Below are positions 35,763 to 45,640 of a DNA stretch of 64,000 bases, piece after piece (the first letter of the stretch is position 1; every line of letters starts with the position of its first letter). The DNA comes from a virus: IMG/VR virus record IMGVR_UViG_3300025137_000016; one strand, given 5' to 3'. The position numbers and the translations under genes are program-made. Under the pieces are notes generated by a model. That model did not search any database, was not told where the DNA came from, and saw only the letters and a program-made list of their open reading frames with translations.

Positions 35763-38700
35763 ATGAAAGACTTTAAAACACTTCTTAATGAAGTGCCTAG
35801 CAAAAAAATAGTTATCGGCTTTGGCAGGTTTAATCCACCAACGACTGGTCATGAATTGCTTATTAATAAAGTCACCCAATATGCTCGTAGCAAAGGCAGT
35901 CCTGCCAAAATCTATGTCACTCATACTGAGGACAACAAAAAAAATCCATTAAAACAAGCACGCAAGATCTATTACATGAAAAGAATGTTTGGACAGAATG
36001 TTCCATTAGTCGGAACTAAAGCACCTGACCAAAGAACAATAATAGAAGTTGCCAAGCATCTTAATACTGTAGACAAGATTAATGAAATAACTCTTATTGC
36101 TGGTAGCGATAGAATTGCTGAGTATAAAAGATTGCTTAACAAATACAATGGTAAAGATTTCAATTTTGACAAGATAACAGTTTTATCATCAGGTCGTAGA
36201 GATCCTGACTCTGATATGGCTGAAGGAATGTCAGCAACTAAAATGAGAACTGCTGCTACTTCTGGTAAATTTACTGACTTTAAAAAAGGTGTACCAAGAA
36301 GAATGACTATCGCTGATAGCAAAAGACTATTCAACGAAGTTAGAAAGGGCATGGGACTACCACCTATAAGAGAAGAAGTAGTTCTACCAACTTCTCAATT
36401 AAGAGAAGATTATGTTGCTAAGAAAATATTTAATATTGGTTCAGTAGTAGAAGATGACAAAGGTGTCTACGAAGTTATGGACCGAGGAGCAAATTATATA
36501 AGTGTTTCTGATGAAGATGGAAATGTAAACAAAAAATGGCTACATGAAGTCCGACAGATATCAGAACAAAATATTGTGAACGATTACCATTCTGAAGACG
36601 AACTTAAATACAAAGGATTCGTCACTGAAAATTTACATAATTTTTATGAAATTAAAGACAAGTTTCTAGACCTATTCGAATCTGATAAAGATCCTGTTGC
36701 TGTTCTTACTTGTTTAAAACTAGTTGATCAATCATGTAAGATCTTAGAGGACGCAAGACATCGAGGATATGCACTATTAGAAGAAGCAGGTGCTGATTCC
36801 ATTATAAAAATGAAACTGACAGACAGCCTAAATAGTATTAGCGAGTTTGATCAGCACAATTATATTGATGCGATAAATGCCGACTTGGCAGACTTATTAG
36901 CTAAGGAACCAAATATGAAACAAGACATTAAAGAGCAGAAAAATCTTAAGATAGATCCTGCCAATAAATTCAGATTTACTTCTGCCGACAGAATTAAAGT
37001 CGCTAGAATTATTGCTGGCTCATTGGGTGTAGACAATCCTGAGAAGATGTCTAATCCAACTCAACTTATTAATTATGGTCTTAGAAAATTAAGATCTAAA
37101 AGAGTGACTCCAGAGTTTGCTGATATTGTTAAAAAGATGCTAGTGACAGCTAAGACTGCAGGCATCGATTATGATAGACAATATTTACCACCACTAATGA
37201 AGACAGGTAGATTTGCTGTAGAAAGTAAATCCTTCACGCAATTCGTAAAAGAAGTTTCAGGTTCTGGTGTAGATCCTATCGTATTACAACTAAGAAAAAA
37301 TATTAATCTAAAAGGCAATTACACTTTTGAGTTTAGAGATGGCTCTAAAGGTAAGATGTCTCCAGGAGCATCTGAAGGAATCTTAAACAAATACGATGCA
37401 CTTCGTAGACCTAATCAAAAATTGAATGTATCTAATCCTATGGGTAAATCAATGAACTCTTTAAAAGATACATTGAAGAACTGGGACGCAGTTGCTAATA
37501 AAGAAAAGAAAGCAGCAGTTGGTGCAGATGGTAAAAAGAAAACAGGTAGAGATGAGCCACTTCGTGGATTAAAGAATCCTATGGATGAAATGTTTACTGA
37601 AGCCGATCTACCAGAAGCATGGGTAAAAACTGAAGCTGATCTAGAGAAGTTTTGGAAAACAAAAACTGAAGATGTAAAAGCTACTAAAGAAAGAATTACA
37701 AAAGAAAAAGAAGCTGATAAAATGAAGCATGATAAAATGATGGATCGTGCTAGAACTCAACAAGCTAGAAAAAAGAATATTGAAACAAAACCTTCTATCA
37801 AAAAAGAAGAGTATTATAATGTCGTATATAAAGGCAAAGACGGAAAGCCAGAGTCAGGTAAAGAAAAAAGATTTGGCGATAAAGAAGCTGCAAAAAAATA
37901 TGCCAAGCAAGGTAATACCATTAACACTGTTGGTGGTAAGTATCATGTATATAAAGTAGATGAAGAGTCTGAAGGCACAGATGGAACAATGGGTGTTGGT
38001 GCTGATGTCACTCGTAAAGTAAGACAAGGCTTAAGAGCTGATCTTATGATGAGAATGACTAGAGTTAAAGATAAAATGTCTAAAGCTGAAAAGGGTTCTA
38101 AAGAGTTTCAAGAATTATATGCTGAGTACAAAAAATGTAAAGGTATGATGCAAAGTCTCCCAGGGAAAAAGGGTGCTAATGAAGAAAAGATTTGGGAAGT
38201 AAAAAGACCAAGTGTTGATGTAGTAGATACTAATAGCAATTATAATATGGCGAAGTCTATTATGTCGTTTGACGATTACAAAAAAATGTTGAAACTTGCT
38301 GGTGGTATTGAAAAGCGAGATGAAACTGGTCAGATGGAATCTCAAAAAAAAAGAATTAAGGACGAGCAACGATTTAAGTTTGAAGAAGATGTTGCAGTCA
38401 AACAAGCTAACGATCTAGCAAAAGGCACTGAGCAGGAAATGACTCCTGAGCCTGAAGATAAACCTAAAGCATCAAAGATTAAAAAGAAATCAGGAACACC
38501 AAAGTCGGATGATCCTTATGACTTAGAAATATTTGTAGCAGATCCTAAAGCTGACGCAATGCTAGATAATCTCGACGATAAAGAGATTGATAAAGTTGTT
38601 GCTATGTTTAATGCTGACGAAGATCCTATGAATTCTAAGTTAGATATTTTTGATTTATATGACGATGAAGAATTAGCAATAGAAGTAGAGGATGAAGATG

Positions 38701-39221
38701 AAGAAATCTCTATGGAAGAATTTGAAGTTGAAGAAAATGCTGAACAATTAAATGAAGTATTATCTAGAACTGAAAGAATCAAAGCTAGAGTTAGAGTGCG
38801 AAGAACTAAAGCACGTCGTTCAAGAGCTGTTAAGATTGCACTTCGTAGACACTCATCTACACAAGTAATAAATAGTAGAGCAAGACGATTAGCTGTTAAG
38901 CTATTAAAAAGAAGATTCTTTAAGAAAGCTCCAAGCCAATTATCAGTTGGTGAAAGAGAAAGAGCTGAAGCAAGAATCGCTAAGATGCGTCATGTAGTAA
39001 AAAGAATTGCTTTGAAGTTAGCACCTAAAGTAAGGCAGATGGAAAAGAAAAGATTGCACGGCAGAAAATCTGGTGGGGCAAAATTCAAATCTGCATTAAA
39101 AGGTGGACGAATTAATACTAACAGACAAGCTGGTCGTAAGACTAAAGGTAATACAGTTGGACAAAGAGCCAGAGCTGGTAAAGGTTATGGTGGAAAGACA
39201 GGAAAGAAATATGGTGGTTAA
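35763..39221 (+). CDS. Cytidyltransferase-like (HxGH) nucleotidyltransferase with long charged extension
   Basis: FGRFNPPTTGH, AGSDR, MSATKMR; ~900 aa C-terminal extension. Confidence 0.8.
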   Translation: MKDFKTLLNEVPSKKIVIGFGRFNPPTTGHELLINKVTQYARSKGSPAKIYVTHTEDNKKNPLKQARKIYYMKRMFGQNVPLVGTKAPDQRTIIEVAKHLNTVDKINEITLIAGSDRIAEYKRLLNKYNGKDFNFDKITVLSSGRRDPDSDMAEGMSATKMRTAATSGKFTDFKKGVPRRMTIADSKRLFNEVRKGMGLPPIREEVVLPTSQLREDYVAKKIFNIGSVVEDDKGVYEVMDRGANYISVSDEDGNVNKKWLHEVRQISEQNIVNDYHSEDELKYKGFVTENLHNFYEIKDKFLDLFESDKDPVAVLTCLKLVDQSCKILEDARHRGYALLEEAGADSIIKMKLTDSLNSISEFDQHNYIDAINADLADLLAKEPNMKQDIKEQKNLKIDPANKFRFTSADRIKVARIIAGSLGVDNPEKMSNPTQLINYGLRKLRSKRVTPEFADIVKKMLVTAKTAGIDYDRQYLPPLMKTGRFAVESKSFTQFVKEVSGSGVDPIVLQLRKNINLKGNYTFEFRDGSKGKMSPGASEGILNKYDALRRPNQKLNVSNPMGKSMNSLKDTLKNWDAVANKEKKAAVGADGKKKTGRDEPLRGLKNPMDEMFTEADLPEAWVKTEADLEKFWKTKTEDVKATKERITKEKEADKMKHDKMMDRARTQQARKKNIETKPSIKKEEYYNVVYKGKDGKPESGKEKRFGDKEAAKKYAKQGNTINTVGGKYHVYKVDEESEGTDGTMGVGADVTRKVRQGLRADLMMRMTRVKDKMSKAEKGSKEFQELYAEYKKCKGMMQSLPGKKGANEEKIWEVKRPSVDVVDTNSNYNMAKSIMSFDDYKKMLKLAGGIEKRDETGQMESQKKRIKDEQRFKFEEDVAVKQANDLAKGTEQEMTPEPEDKPKASKIKKKSGTPKSDDPYDLEIFVADPKADAMLDNLDDKEIDKVVAMFNADEDPMNSKLDIFDLYDDEELAIEVEDEDEEISMEEFEVEENAEQLNEVLSRTERIKARVRVRRTKARRSRAVKIALRRHSSTQVINSRARRLAVKLLKRRFFKKAPSQLSVGERERAEARIAKMRHVVKRIALKLAPKVRQMEKKRLHGRKSGGAKFKSALKGGRINTNRQAGRKTKGNTVGQRARAGKGYGGKTGKKYGG

Positions 39222-39564
39222 ATCATTTAAAGAACATAGAGAAGAATCTATAGACTCAATATGTGAAGCTATGGAACTTCCTGTATTAAGCGAAGCCGAA
39301 TACCAAGGAAAGAAAGTCACACTTAATGATCCTATTCGTACTTCTGAAAATCCTAAAAAGAAATTCAAAGTATATGTAAAAGGTCCAAAGGGTAATGTTG
39401 TTGTAGTTCGCTTTGGCGATGCTAACATGTCTATCAAAAGAGACGATCCTAAAAGACGAAAAAGTTTTAGAGCAAGACATGGGTGTGATAATCCAGGTCC
39501 GAAATTCAAAGCTAAATATTGGAGTTGCTACCAGTGGAGAGCAGGAAGCAAAGTAGATAGTTAA
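39211..39564 (+). CDS. Conserved basic phage protein (RRKSFRARH.C..YWSC)
   Basis: KKFKVYV, VRFGD, SFRARHGC, YWSC motifs; start reassigned to 39211. Confidence 0.7.
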   Translation: MVVKSFKEHREESIDSICEAMELPVLSEAEYQGKKVTLNDPIRTSENPKKKFKVYVKGPKGNVVVVRFGDANMSIKRDDPKRRKSFRARHGCDNPGPKFKAKYWSCYQWRAGSKVDS

Positions 39565-39590
39565 ATTTTATTAATAATTGGAGATTATGA

Positions 39591-40559
39591 ATGAGTAATG
39601 ATAAAAATGAGCCAGTGGATATCCCAGAAACTGATGAAGATTGGGACAAAATCATAGATGAGCAAGACGCCATCGAAAAACACAAAATAGCACAAGCAGA
39701 ACTAGACGCAGAGATGGGTGGTAAAACATTTACCAAACCCACAGTTCCGTCACCTGCATTAAGCTCTGATCCTGAAGCTCCTCTTCCTGAGGGTGTTCTT
39801 AAAAGAGTCATGGGTATGGCTATTCCTACAAGAGAAAAACAACTTGAGGATTATGAAAAGTATAAAGAAGCTACATCCAAAACTACTGATCAAAGTAAAG
39901 TTGCATATGCAATTGAACAGATCGGAGAAAACAATTTAGATGGTGCTCAAAAATGGCTTAATGAAAACAAACAGCAACTAGACGAATCTAAAAGATTAAC
40001 TATTACTGAAGGACAAGCTGTTCAGGTTCACTATGTAAAATTCTTATCTGAAGAAGAGTTTGAAAGTAAAATTATTGAAGGACTTGCTGAGATTAAACAA
40101 ATTGAAGTAAAAGATATAATGGATGCTGGTGGTATGGACGCACACTTAGTAAGGGATTTAGATATCGATTCATTAGATGCTATTGAACTTATTATGGATG
40201 CTGAAGATATGCTTGGTGCTCAGATTGAAAACACTGAAATTATGTGGGTCAAAACATTAAAAGATATCTTCGAAGTTATTAAGTATAAGATCGAAAATGA
40301 CAATATGCCTTTCCCTATCCCTGACTTTGATGAAGAAGATATTATATTCAGACCAACCACTACTAATGTAGATGGTGTAGAGGTACATGGGGGCAACTCT
40401 GCTTATAAAGCATTCATGGCTGGGTCTGATCAACAGAGAGCTGTAGAAGGCGATATTGATGCATGGCTTGAAGAAGAAGACGCAAGAGAACAAAAAATGC
40501 GTGAACTTCTTGAAGAAGATGATGATGATTTATCTGTCGGACACGACAAAAAGGAATAA
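39591..40559 (+). CDS. Acidic protein with internal acyl-carrier-protein domain
   Basis: LVRDLDIDSLDAIELIMDAED..G..I phosphopantetheine-site signature. Confidence 0.75.
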   Translation: MSNDKNEPVDIPETDEDWDKIIDEQDAIEKHKIAQAELDAEMGGKTFTKPTVPSPALSSDPEAPLPEGVLKRVMGMAIPTREKQLEDYEKYKEATSKTTDQSKVAYAIEQIGENNLDGAQKWLNENKQQLDESKRLTITEGQAVQVHYVKFLSEEEFESKIIEGLAEIKQIEVKDIMDAGGMDAHLVRDLDIDSLDAIELIMDAEDMLGAQIENTEIMWVKTLKDIFEVIKYKIENDNMPFPIPDFDEEDIIFRPTTTNVDGVEVHGGNSAYKAFMAGSDQQRAVEGDIDAWLEEEDAREQKMRELLEEDDDDLSVGHDKKE

Positions 40560-40562
40560 TAT

Positions 40563-40694
40563 ATGGACTATCTATCACTATACGAGACAGAAAGATCTAA
40601 AGTTATTGAATTAGAAGGGCGAATTCGAGAACTTGAATATAAAATAGAACTAAATAATAGTAAATTAAACAATGAAGGAGACGATAATGATTAA
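40563..40694 (+). CDS. Small coiled-coil ORF (43 aa)
   Basis: AAGGA SD, hand-translated. Confidence 0.4.
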   Translation: MDYLSLYETERSKVIELEGRIRELEYKIELNNSKLNNEGDDND

Positions 40695-40911
40695 TGAGAA
40701 TGAGAAAGTGGCTGTAGAGAATGAAACTCCAGAAGCACCTGAAACAGATGCACCTGTAGAAACTCAACCTGAAGCACCTGCGGAAGCACCTGCTGAAGAG
40801 CCAAAGGCTGAAGAGCCAAAGGCTGAAGAGCCAAAGGCTGAAGAGCCAGCAAAACCAGAGATGAGTAATTTACAGAAAGCAGCAGTTGCTAAATTAAACG
40901 AACTTATCTAA
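40672..40911 (+). CDS. Small acidic E/P/A-rich protein
   Basis: Behind CTAAATA late-type promoter; EEPKA repeats. Confidence 0.6.
   Translation: MKETIMINENEKVAVENETPEAPETDAPVETQPEAPAEAPAEEPKAEEPKAEEPKAEEPAKPEMSNLQKAAVAKLNELI
40792..40848 (+). repeat. Perfect 15-bp tandem repeat GCTGAAGAGCCAAAG x3.8
   Basis: Read directly. Confidence 0.9.
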
Positions 40912-40926
40912 TTAAAGGGGATACAA

Positions 40927-42339
40927 ATGTCAGAAGTATTAAGCTATCAAGAATTTATGGAAGCATTGGATTCAGTGAATTCGAAAGCTGTCAAAAAGAA
41001 GTTTAAAGATCGCAAAGACAAGGACATCGATAATGATGGAGATGTTGATTCGTCTGACAAATTCCTACACAAAAGACGCAAAGCTATTTCTAAGGCTGTT
41101 AAAAACGAAGACATGGAAAAACCTATGACTTCTGCAGAACGAGCAAAGATGATGCAAAAGAAAGCTGATAAAGTAAAGCGTGATGCTGAAGCAAAACTTA
41201 AGAAAGCAAAAGGCATAACTATGGGAGAAGGCAAGTATGCAAAATACTCAGACCTACTTCTAAAAAAACAACGCATGAAAAAAATGGGTCAAAATACTAT
41301 GGTGGTTGATAAAGAAATCGAAGCTGAAAAGAAAAAAGTTCAATCAGATAAATCTGGTACCATGTCAATGAAAAAAGAAATGGCTGAAGCGAAAGATACT
41401 CATAAGACTAAAGATGGTGGCACTGCTAAAAAAGGTTTATATTACAATATAAACAAAAAGAAAAAGTCTGGTGCAAAGATGCGTAAAAAAGGCGACGAGG
41501 GTTCTCCTACTGAGAAAGACTTCGACAATGCTGCCAAAACTGCTAAAGAAGAAGTCGATCCTATAGATTTAAGAGGAAGACCTAAAAAAGCAGACTCACA
41601 TCCAAATTCACCTTATGGTGTAAAGCATCCTCTTCATCCTGCGAATGTAGCAAAACGCAAAGAGAGAGAAAGAAAGAAAGCACAAAGTGCTAACGAAGAA
41701 AGAGAACTATGTCATTCAAAAGACCACGACTGTGCTACAGTTGTTGAGCATCCAGTATGGGGTTTAGGAAAACCAATGTATGAAAGTCATGCAGTACCAA
41801 CTGACGATGGTTATGTTTCTTGGTATGATGTAGAATTCGATCATGGTATTGAAAAAGAAGTTCCTACAGATGAGATGAAGGTTTATACTACAGAAGATCA
41901 TTCTAAGTATATGAAACCAAAATCTAAGAAAGCTGTAAACGATGAAATGTATGCATCGAAGAAAAAGGACAAAAACAAAATGATAGATGAAGAAGAATAT
42001 TCTGAAGCAGATATCAAAAAAGCTGTCGAACTCGCTAAGAGAATGGCAGGAAGTAATTACACTGGAGCAACTAATGCCATTAACAAGATGAAAAAAGGTC
42101 TTGCTAGTGTTGGTAAAGTCAAATATGCATTAAGAAAAGCTGCAGAATCTTTTGAAACCTTTAATGGTTTATCTATATCAGAAGTAAACGACATCGTTGA
42201 TGAGCTCGCTTCTTCTGCCCAAGACTATATTAAGCTGGTGGAAAGTGGTGACTTAGAGTCCGCTGTCGAGCCAGATGTTGAACTAGCCAAAGGGATGCCA
42301 TTATCATTTAAACAATTCAAATCTAAAATAGGAGAATAA
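40927..42339 (+). CDS. Probable internal head protein (multi-module, K/E-rich)
   Basis: N-terminal SYQEFME, D.D.DGDVD..D..L.KRR.AI, GLY.NI, HDCA..VEH..WG modules. Confidence 0.6.
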   Translation: MSEVLSYQEFMEALDSVNSKAVKKKFKDRKDKDIDNDGDVDSSDKFLHKRRKAISKAVKNEDMEKPMTSAERAKMMQKKADKVKRDAEAKLKKAKGITMGEGKYAKYSDLLLKKQRMKKMGQNTMVVDKEIEAEKKKVQSDKSGTMSMKKEMAEAKDTHKTKDGGTAKKGLYYNINKKKKSGAKMRKKGDEGSPTEKDFDNAAKTAKEEVDPIDLRGRPKKADSHPNSPYGVKHPLHPANVAKRKERERKKAQSANEERELCHSKDHDCATVVEHPVWGLGKPMYESHAVPTDDGYVSWYDVEFDHGIEKEVPTDEMKVYTTEDHSKYMKPKSKKAVNDEMYASKKKDKNKMIDEEEYSEADIKKAVELAKRMAGSNYTGATNAINKMKKGLASVGKVKYALRKAAESFETFNGLSISEVNDIVDELASSAQDYIKLVESGDLESAVEPDVELAKGMPLSFKQFKSKIGE

Positions 42340-42340
42340 T

Positions 42341-43459
42341 ATGGCTTTATGGGGAACAAGTGATTCACACGTGAATCGACCTAACTGGCTAGAAGTTGGT
42401 CAAATTAAAAAAATTAATATTAGTGAAGTTGGTACTGGTTATGGTACTGGTCCATCTGTCGCTATTGCTGCTGGAGCTAGTGGTACAAGAGCCACTGCTG
42501 CTAACGCAACATTATCAGGTTCAGGAATAGCAAATATCGTTATGACTGATCCAGGAGACGGATATATAGCAACTGATGCTGCTGCTGTAACAATTGGTAC
42601 ACCAACAACTAATACTGTTGCTACATCTGCTGTCACTACTGCAACTGATACCTTTACTACTGGTACTCACAACTTGCTTACTGGTGATAGAGTAATTTAT
42701 GCAAATGGTGGTGGAGCTGATGCTACTGGATTAACTGGTGGTACAACTTACTTCGCAATTAAAGTTGACGCAACTAATATTAAAGTTGCTACAAACTTAA
42801 CAAATGCTGAAGCTGGAACTGCTATCGTAGTTTCTGGCACAGGTAATAACGCACAATCCTTTTCAGGTATTCAAGCTGTAGGTGCTGTAGTGAAAGCTGC
42901 AAACTCTTATTCAGCTGCAGACATTATGTTTGTTGATACTGATGAAGCTGCACTTGCTCAAAACAAAGCAAGAGGAATAACTGGTGCTGGTTGGTGGACA
43001 ATTAAATCTAGCAAACAAGATTCAGATGGTAATACAAGATATCAAGCTGAATGTATAGTTGCTATGTCTAGAACTGCAGCTCAAGCTGGTGACGATGCTG
43101 CTGATGATGCTTCTGTATCTGATGCTGCTAACTCATTCGCAATAACAGTACAACCTGCTGCTATGACTACTTCAAGTGGAGATGCTACGATAACTCTAAC
43201 TACAGGAACTGTGGTAGGAACTATTGGAGCTCTAAACTACAAGTGGCAAAGACAAACAGCTACTGGAACTCGTTGGACTGATGTCAATGGTACAATTGAC
43301 GCAGGAATCTACTCAGACTTCACTACTGCTACATTAGCAGTGACTGGTGTGACTGATACAACGCATGATGGTAAAAAATACAGAGTAAAAGTAAATAGTG
43401 CAAATGGTGCCCCAGAGCAAGTCTCTAATGGTGTCGCTACACTAACCTTTGGCTCTTAA
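42341..43459 (+). CDS. Virion structural protein with C-terminal Ig-like domain
   Basis: MALWG start, T/A/G-rich, ITVQP...Y.WQ...D...YRV.V Ig pattern. Confidence 0.65.
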   Translation: MALWGTSDSHVNRPNWLEVGQIKKINISEVGTGYGTGPSVAIAAGASGTRATAANATLSGSGIANIVMTDPGDGYIATDAAAVTIGTPTTNTVATSAVTTATDTFTTGTHNLLTGDRVIYANGGGADATGLTGGTTYFAIKVDATNIKVATNLTNAEAGTAIVVSGTGNNAQSFSGIQAVGAVVKAANSYSAADIMFVDTDEAALAQNKARGITGAGWWTIKSSKQDSDGNTRYQAECIVAMSRTAAQAGDDAADDASVSDAANSFAITVQPAAMTTSSGDATITLTTGTVVGTIGALNYKWQRQTATGTRWTDVNGTIDAGIYSDFTTATLAVTGVTDTTHDGKKYRVKVNSANGAPEQVSNGVATLTFGS

Positions 43460-43484
43460 TAAATAATAACATAACCTAGAACTG

Positions 43485-43514
43485 GGGGAGGGTTGTAAAA
43501 AACTCTCCCCATTC
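43485..43514 (+). terminator. Intergenic stem-loop
   Basis: GGGGAGGGTT / AACTCTCCCC inverted repeat. Confidence 0.5.
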
Positions 43515-43538
43515 TGCAAAATTAAATAGGAGTAAATT

Positions 43539-44135
43539 ATGGCAGATCAAAAAATATCAGAACTCGTTGCAGCAACCTCTGCTGCAGGTGCCGACCTTTT
43601 AAATATCGTACAAGGTGGCTCAAACAAAAAACTTACAATCGCAAATCTATTCGCTAATCTGGATACACCATTAATCATTAATGAAAGTGGTGGTGACCAA
43701 GATACTCGTGTCGAAGGATTAAACGATGTTAATCTATTATATGTAGATGCTTCCACTGACGCAGTTGGTATCGGAAGTGCTACTCCCACACAAAAATTAG
43801 ATGTAGCAGGAAACCTTGCAGTTTCAAATGGAACATTGTTCCTATCACAAACTGCTCAGTCTTCTACAGGTACATCTACAACAGACCTAACTAAAGCAGT
43901 GACAGAATTAACTTTGTCATCTGGTTCAGATGCTGCATCATTAGCTAATGGTACAGTTGGTCAAATCAAAATTATTACAGTCGTAAGTGGCTCAGGAGCA
44001 TGTGTATTGACTCCTGCAACTGCTAATGGCTTTACTACAGCTACATTTAACGCAGTTGGTGATACACTGACTGTTATGTATGTCGCAACAGTTGGTTGGT
44101 CAGTTATTGGCAATCATTCTGTGACTGTAGCTTAA
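43539..44135 (+). CDS. Virion structural/fibre-like protein
   Basis: MADQKISEL start, VGIG...P..KLDVAG, LANG..GQIKII. Confidence 0.65.
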   Translation: MADQKISELVAATSAAGADLLNIVQGGSNKKLTIANLFANLDTPLIINESGGDQDTRVEGLNDVNLLYVDASTDAVGIGSATPTQKLDVAGNLAVSNGTLFLSQTAQSSTGTSTTDLTKAVTELTLSSGSDAASLANGTVGQIKIITVVSGSGACVLTPATANGFTTATFNAVGDTLTVMYVATVGWSVIGNHSVTVA

Positions 44136-44166
44136 TATTAATCTATATTATTTTTAGGAGATAATT

Positions 44167-44379
44167 ATGTCTAGTTATGACTTTAATGCGAAACTTGATG
44201 GATATAGACAAGGACTTAAAAAGAAAGAAGAAGTTCTTGTTCAATTACAACAAGGTGTAGCGAATACCCAAGCAGAAATGCATATGTTGACTGGAGCGAT
44301 ACAAGCACTAGAAGACATTATAAAAGAATCTGAATTGAAACAGAAAAAGAGCGATGATAAAAAAACTGACAGAAAATAA
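44167..44379 (+). CDS. Small coiled-coil protein
   Basis: AGGAG SD; L.GAIQALE motif. Confidence 0.6.
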   Translation: MSSYDFNAKLDGYRQGLKKKEEVLVQLQQGVANTQAEMHMLTGAIQALEDIIKESELKQKKSDDKKTDRK

Positions 44380-44731
44380 CTTTCTTCAGTATGCTCTAAA
44401 TAATTATGATAATCCTTCTTGTGCTACACTAGAAGAATTTGAAGATGATTTAAAAAAGTTCTTTTATCTTAATAAACTTTTTAAGAGATACAAAAAGAAT
44501 GAAGAGTTAAGAGAGAGATTAATTTTAAATCATATTGTTGTGATATTTAATTTATGGGGCGATGCTGCTGCGGATATGCTTTTTCATCGAGTAGATGAAG
44601 AACATTGGAGTACACTGATAGTCTTTTTGATTTATCTAGGTAGACTCCCAGAATATATCCCAGGCACAACAACTCGCTCTACAACTTTACCACATGATGA
44701 AAATGTGGCAGATATATTAAGAGAAATATAA
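44354..44731 (+). CDS. Conserved T4-like hypothetical protein
   Basis: LTE.NF..YA...YDNP.C...EF..DL, ERLILNHI...N..G. Confidence 0.75.
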   Translation: MIKKLTENNFLQYALNNYDNPSCATLEEFEDDLKKFFYLNKLFKRYKKNEELRERLILNHIVVIFNLWGDAAADMLFHRVDEEHWSTLIVFLIYLGRLPEYIPGTTTRSTTLPHDENVADILREI

Positions 44732-45640
44732 ATGAGCAAAACAGTAGATAACATAATTGCGTATAGAATCATTTCTATGCTCGTCAAACCTTTTAAGGAC
44801 ACAGATGCCTTTAAAGAGGGAATCATTGACGAGAGAGGTAAAGTGATTAAGAAGGCAAGCAAGTTATCCACTACTAAAGAAAAAAATGCTTATACATTTT
44901 TACATCGTCTCATATTCAAATTAAAACAATTTGTTGAGAAAGCTCCAGGAGGGAAAACTAGATTAGGATCCCTTGCTGCAGCATACTATTTAATCAGGGA
45001 AGCATATGAAGGACAAGAGTCTGTTCATATACTAGAAGAAAGATATACTGATTTAATGTCAAAAGATATATCTCTACTTGAGGAAGAACTCATGGTAGAA
45101 GAAGTCGTTGATCATTTAATCTTTATGTCAGAAGCAAAGAAATTTAAACCTCATATGATGTATGATCCTAAATCTGGTGCTAAGAAAATGGCAAAAACAG
45201 AGAAAGATCATCTAGCACTAAAAGATAAAGGTTGGGGACATGAAGAAGTAGAAGAAGATGTTGCTGCTAATTCGGTAGCAGGTGGTGGTGTTGATTTATC
45301 CCCAACTGTTAGAATGAAAAAAGGTAGGAAGTTTGCTACATTTAAAGTTAGTGACGAAGTCTTCAGTAAATTCAAAAAGGGTAAAAAGAAATATTCTAAA
45401 TGGAAAGAATATTTGAATATGGAAGATGATGCTCAATCATCAATCTATTCATATGCTCGTAAGAATCCAAAAGGTGTTATCATAATGCAAAGCAAATCTG
45501 GTGACACTAAAGCGATTCGATTCAATAGAACTGGTGGAGGAAGTTGGAGAAATATTCAACGACCTGTATCTCGATCAGTTGGTAAAAGCACCATGGTTGG
45601 TGGACCAACTGGAACCATAGTCGCAATCACGGCATTATAA
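44732..45640 (+). CDS. Conserved T4-like hypothetical (probable head-associated) protein
   Basis: AYR...LV.PF..TDAFK.GIID..GK motif. Confidence 0.7.
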   Translation: MSKTVDNIIAYRIISMLVKPFKDTDAFKEGIIDERGKVIKKASKLSTTKEKNAYTFLHRLIFKLKQFVEKAPGGKTRLGSLAAAYYLIREAYEGQESVHILEERYTDLMSKDISLLEEELMVEEVVDHLIFMSEAKKFKPHMMYDPKSGAKKMAKTEKDHLALKDKGWGHEEVEEDVAANSVAGGGVDLSPTVRMKKGRKFATFKVSDEVFSKFKKGKKKYSKWKEYLNMEDDAQSSIYSYARKNPKGVIIMQSKSGDTKAIRFNRTGGGSWRNIQRPVSRSVGKSTMVGGPTGTIVAITAL

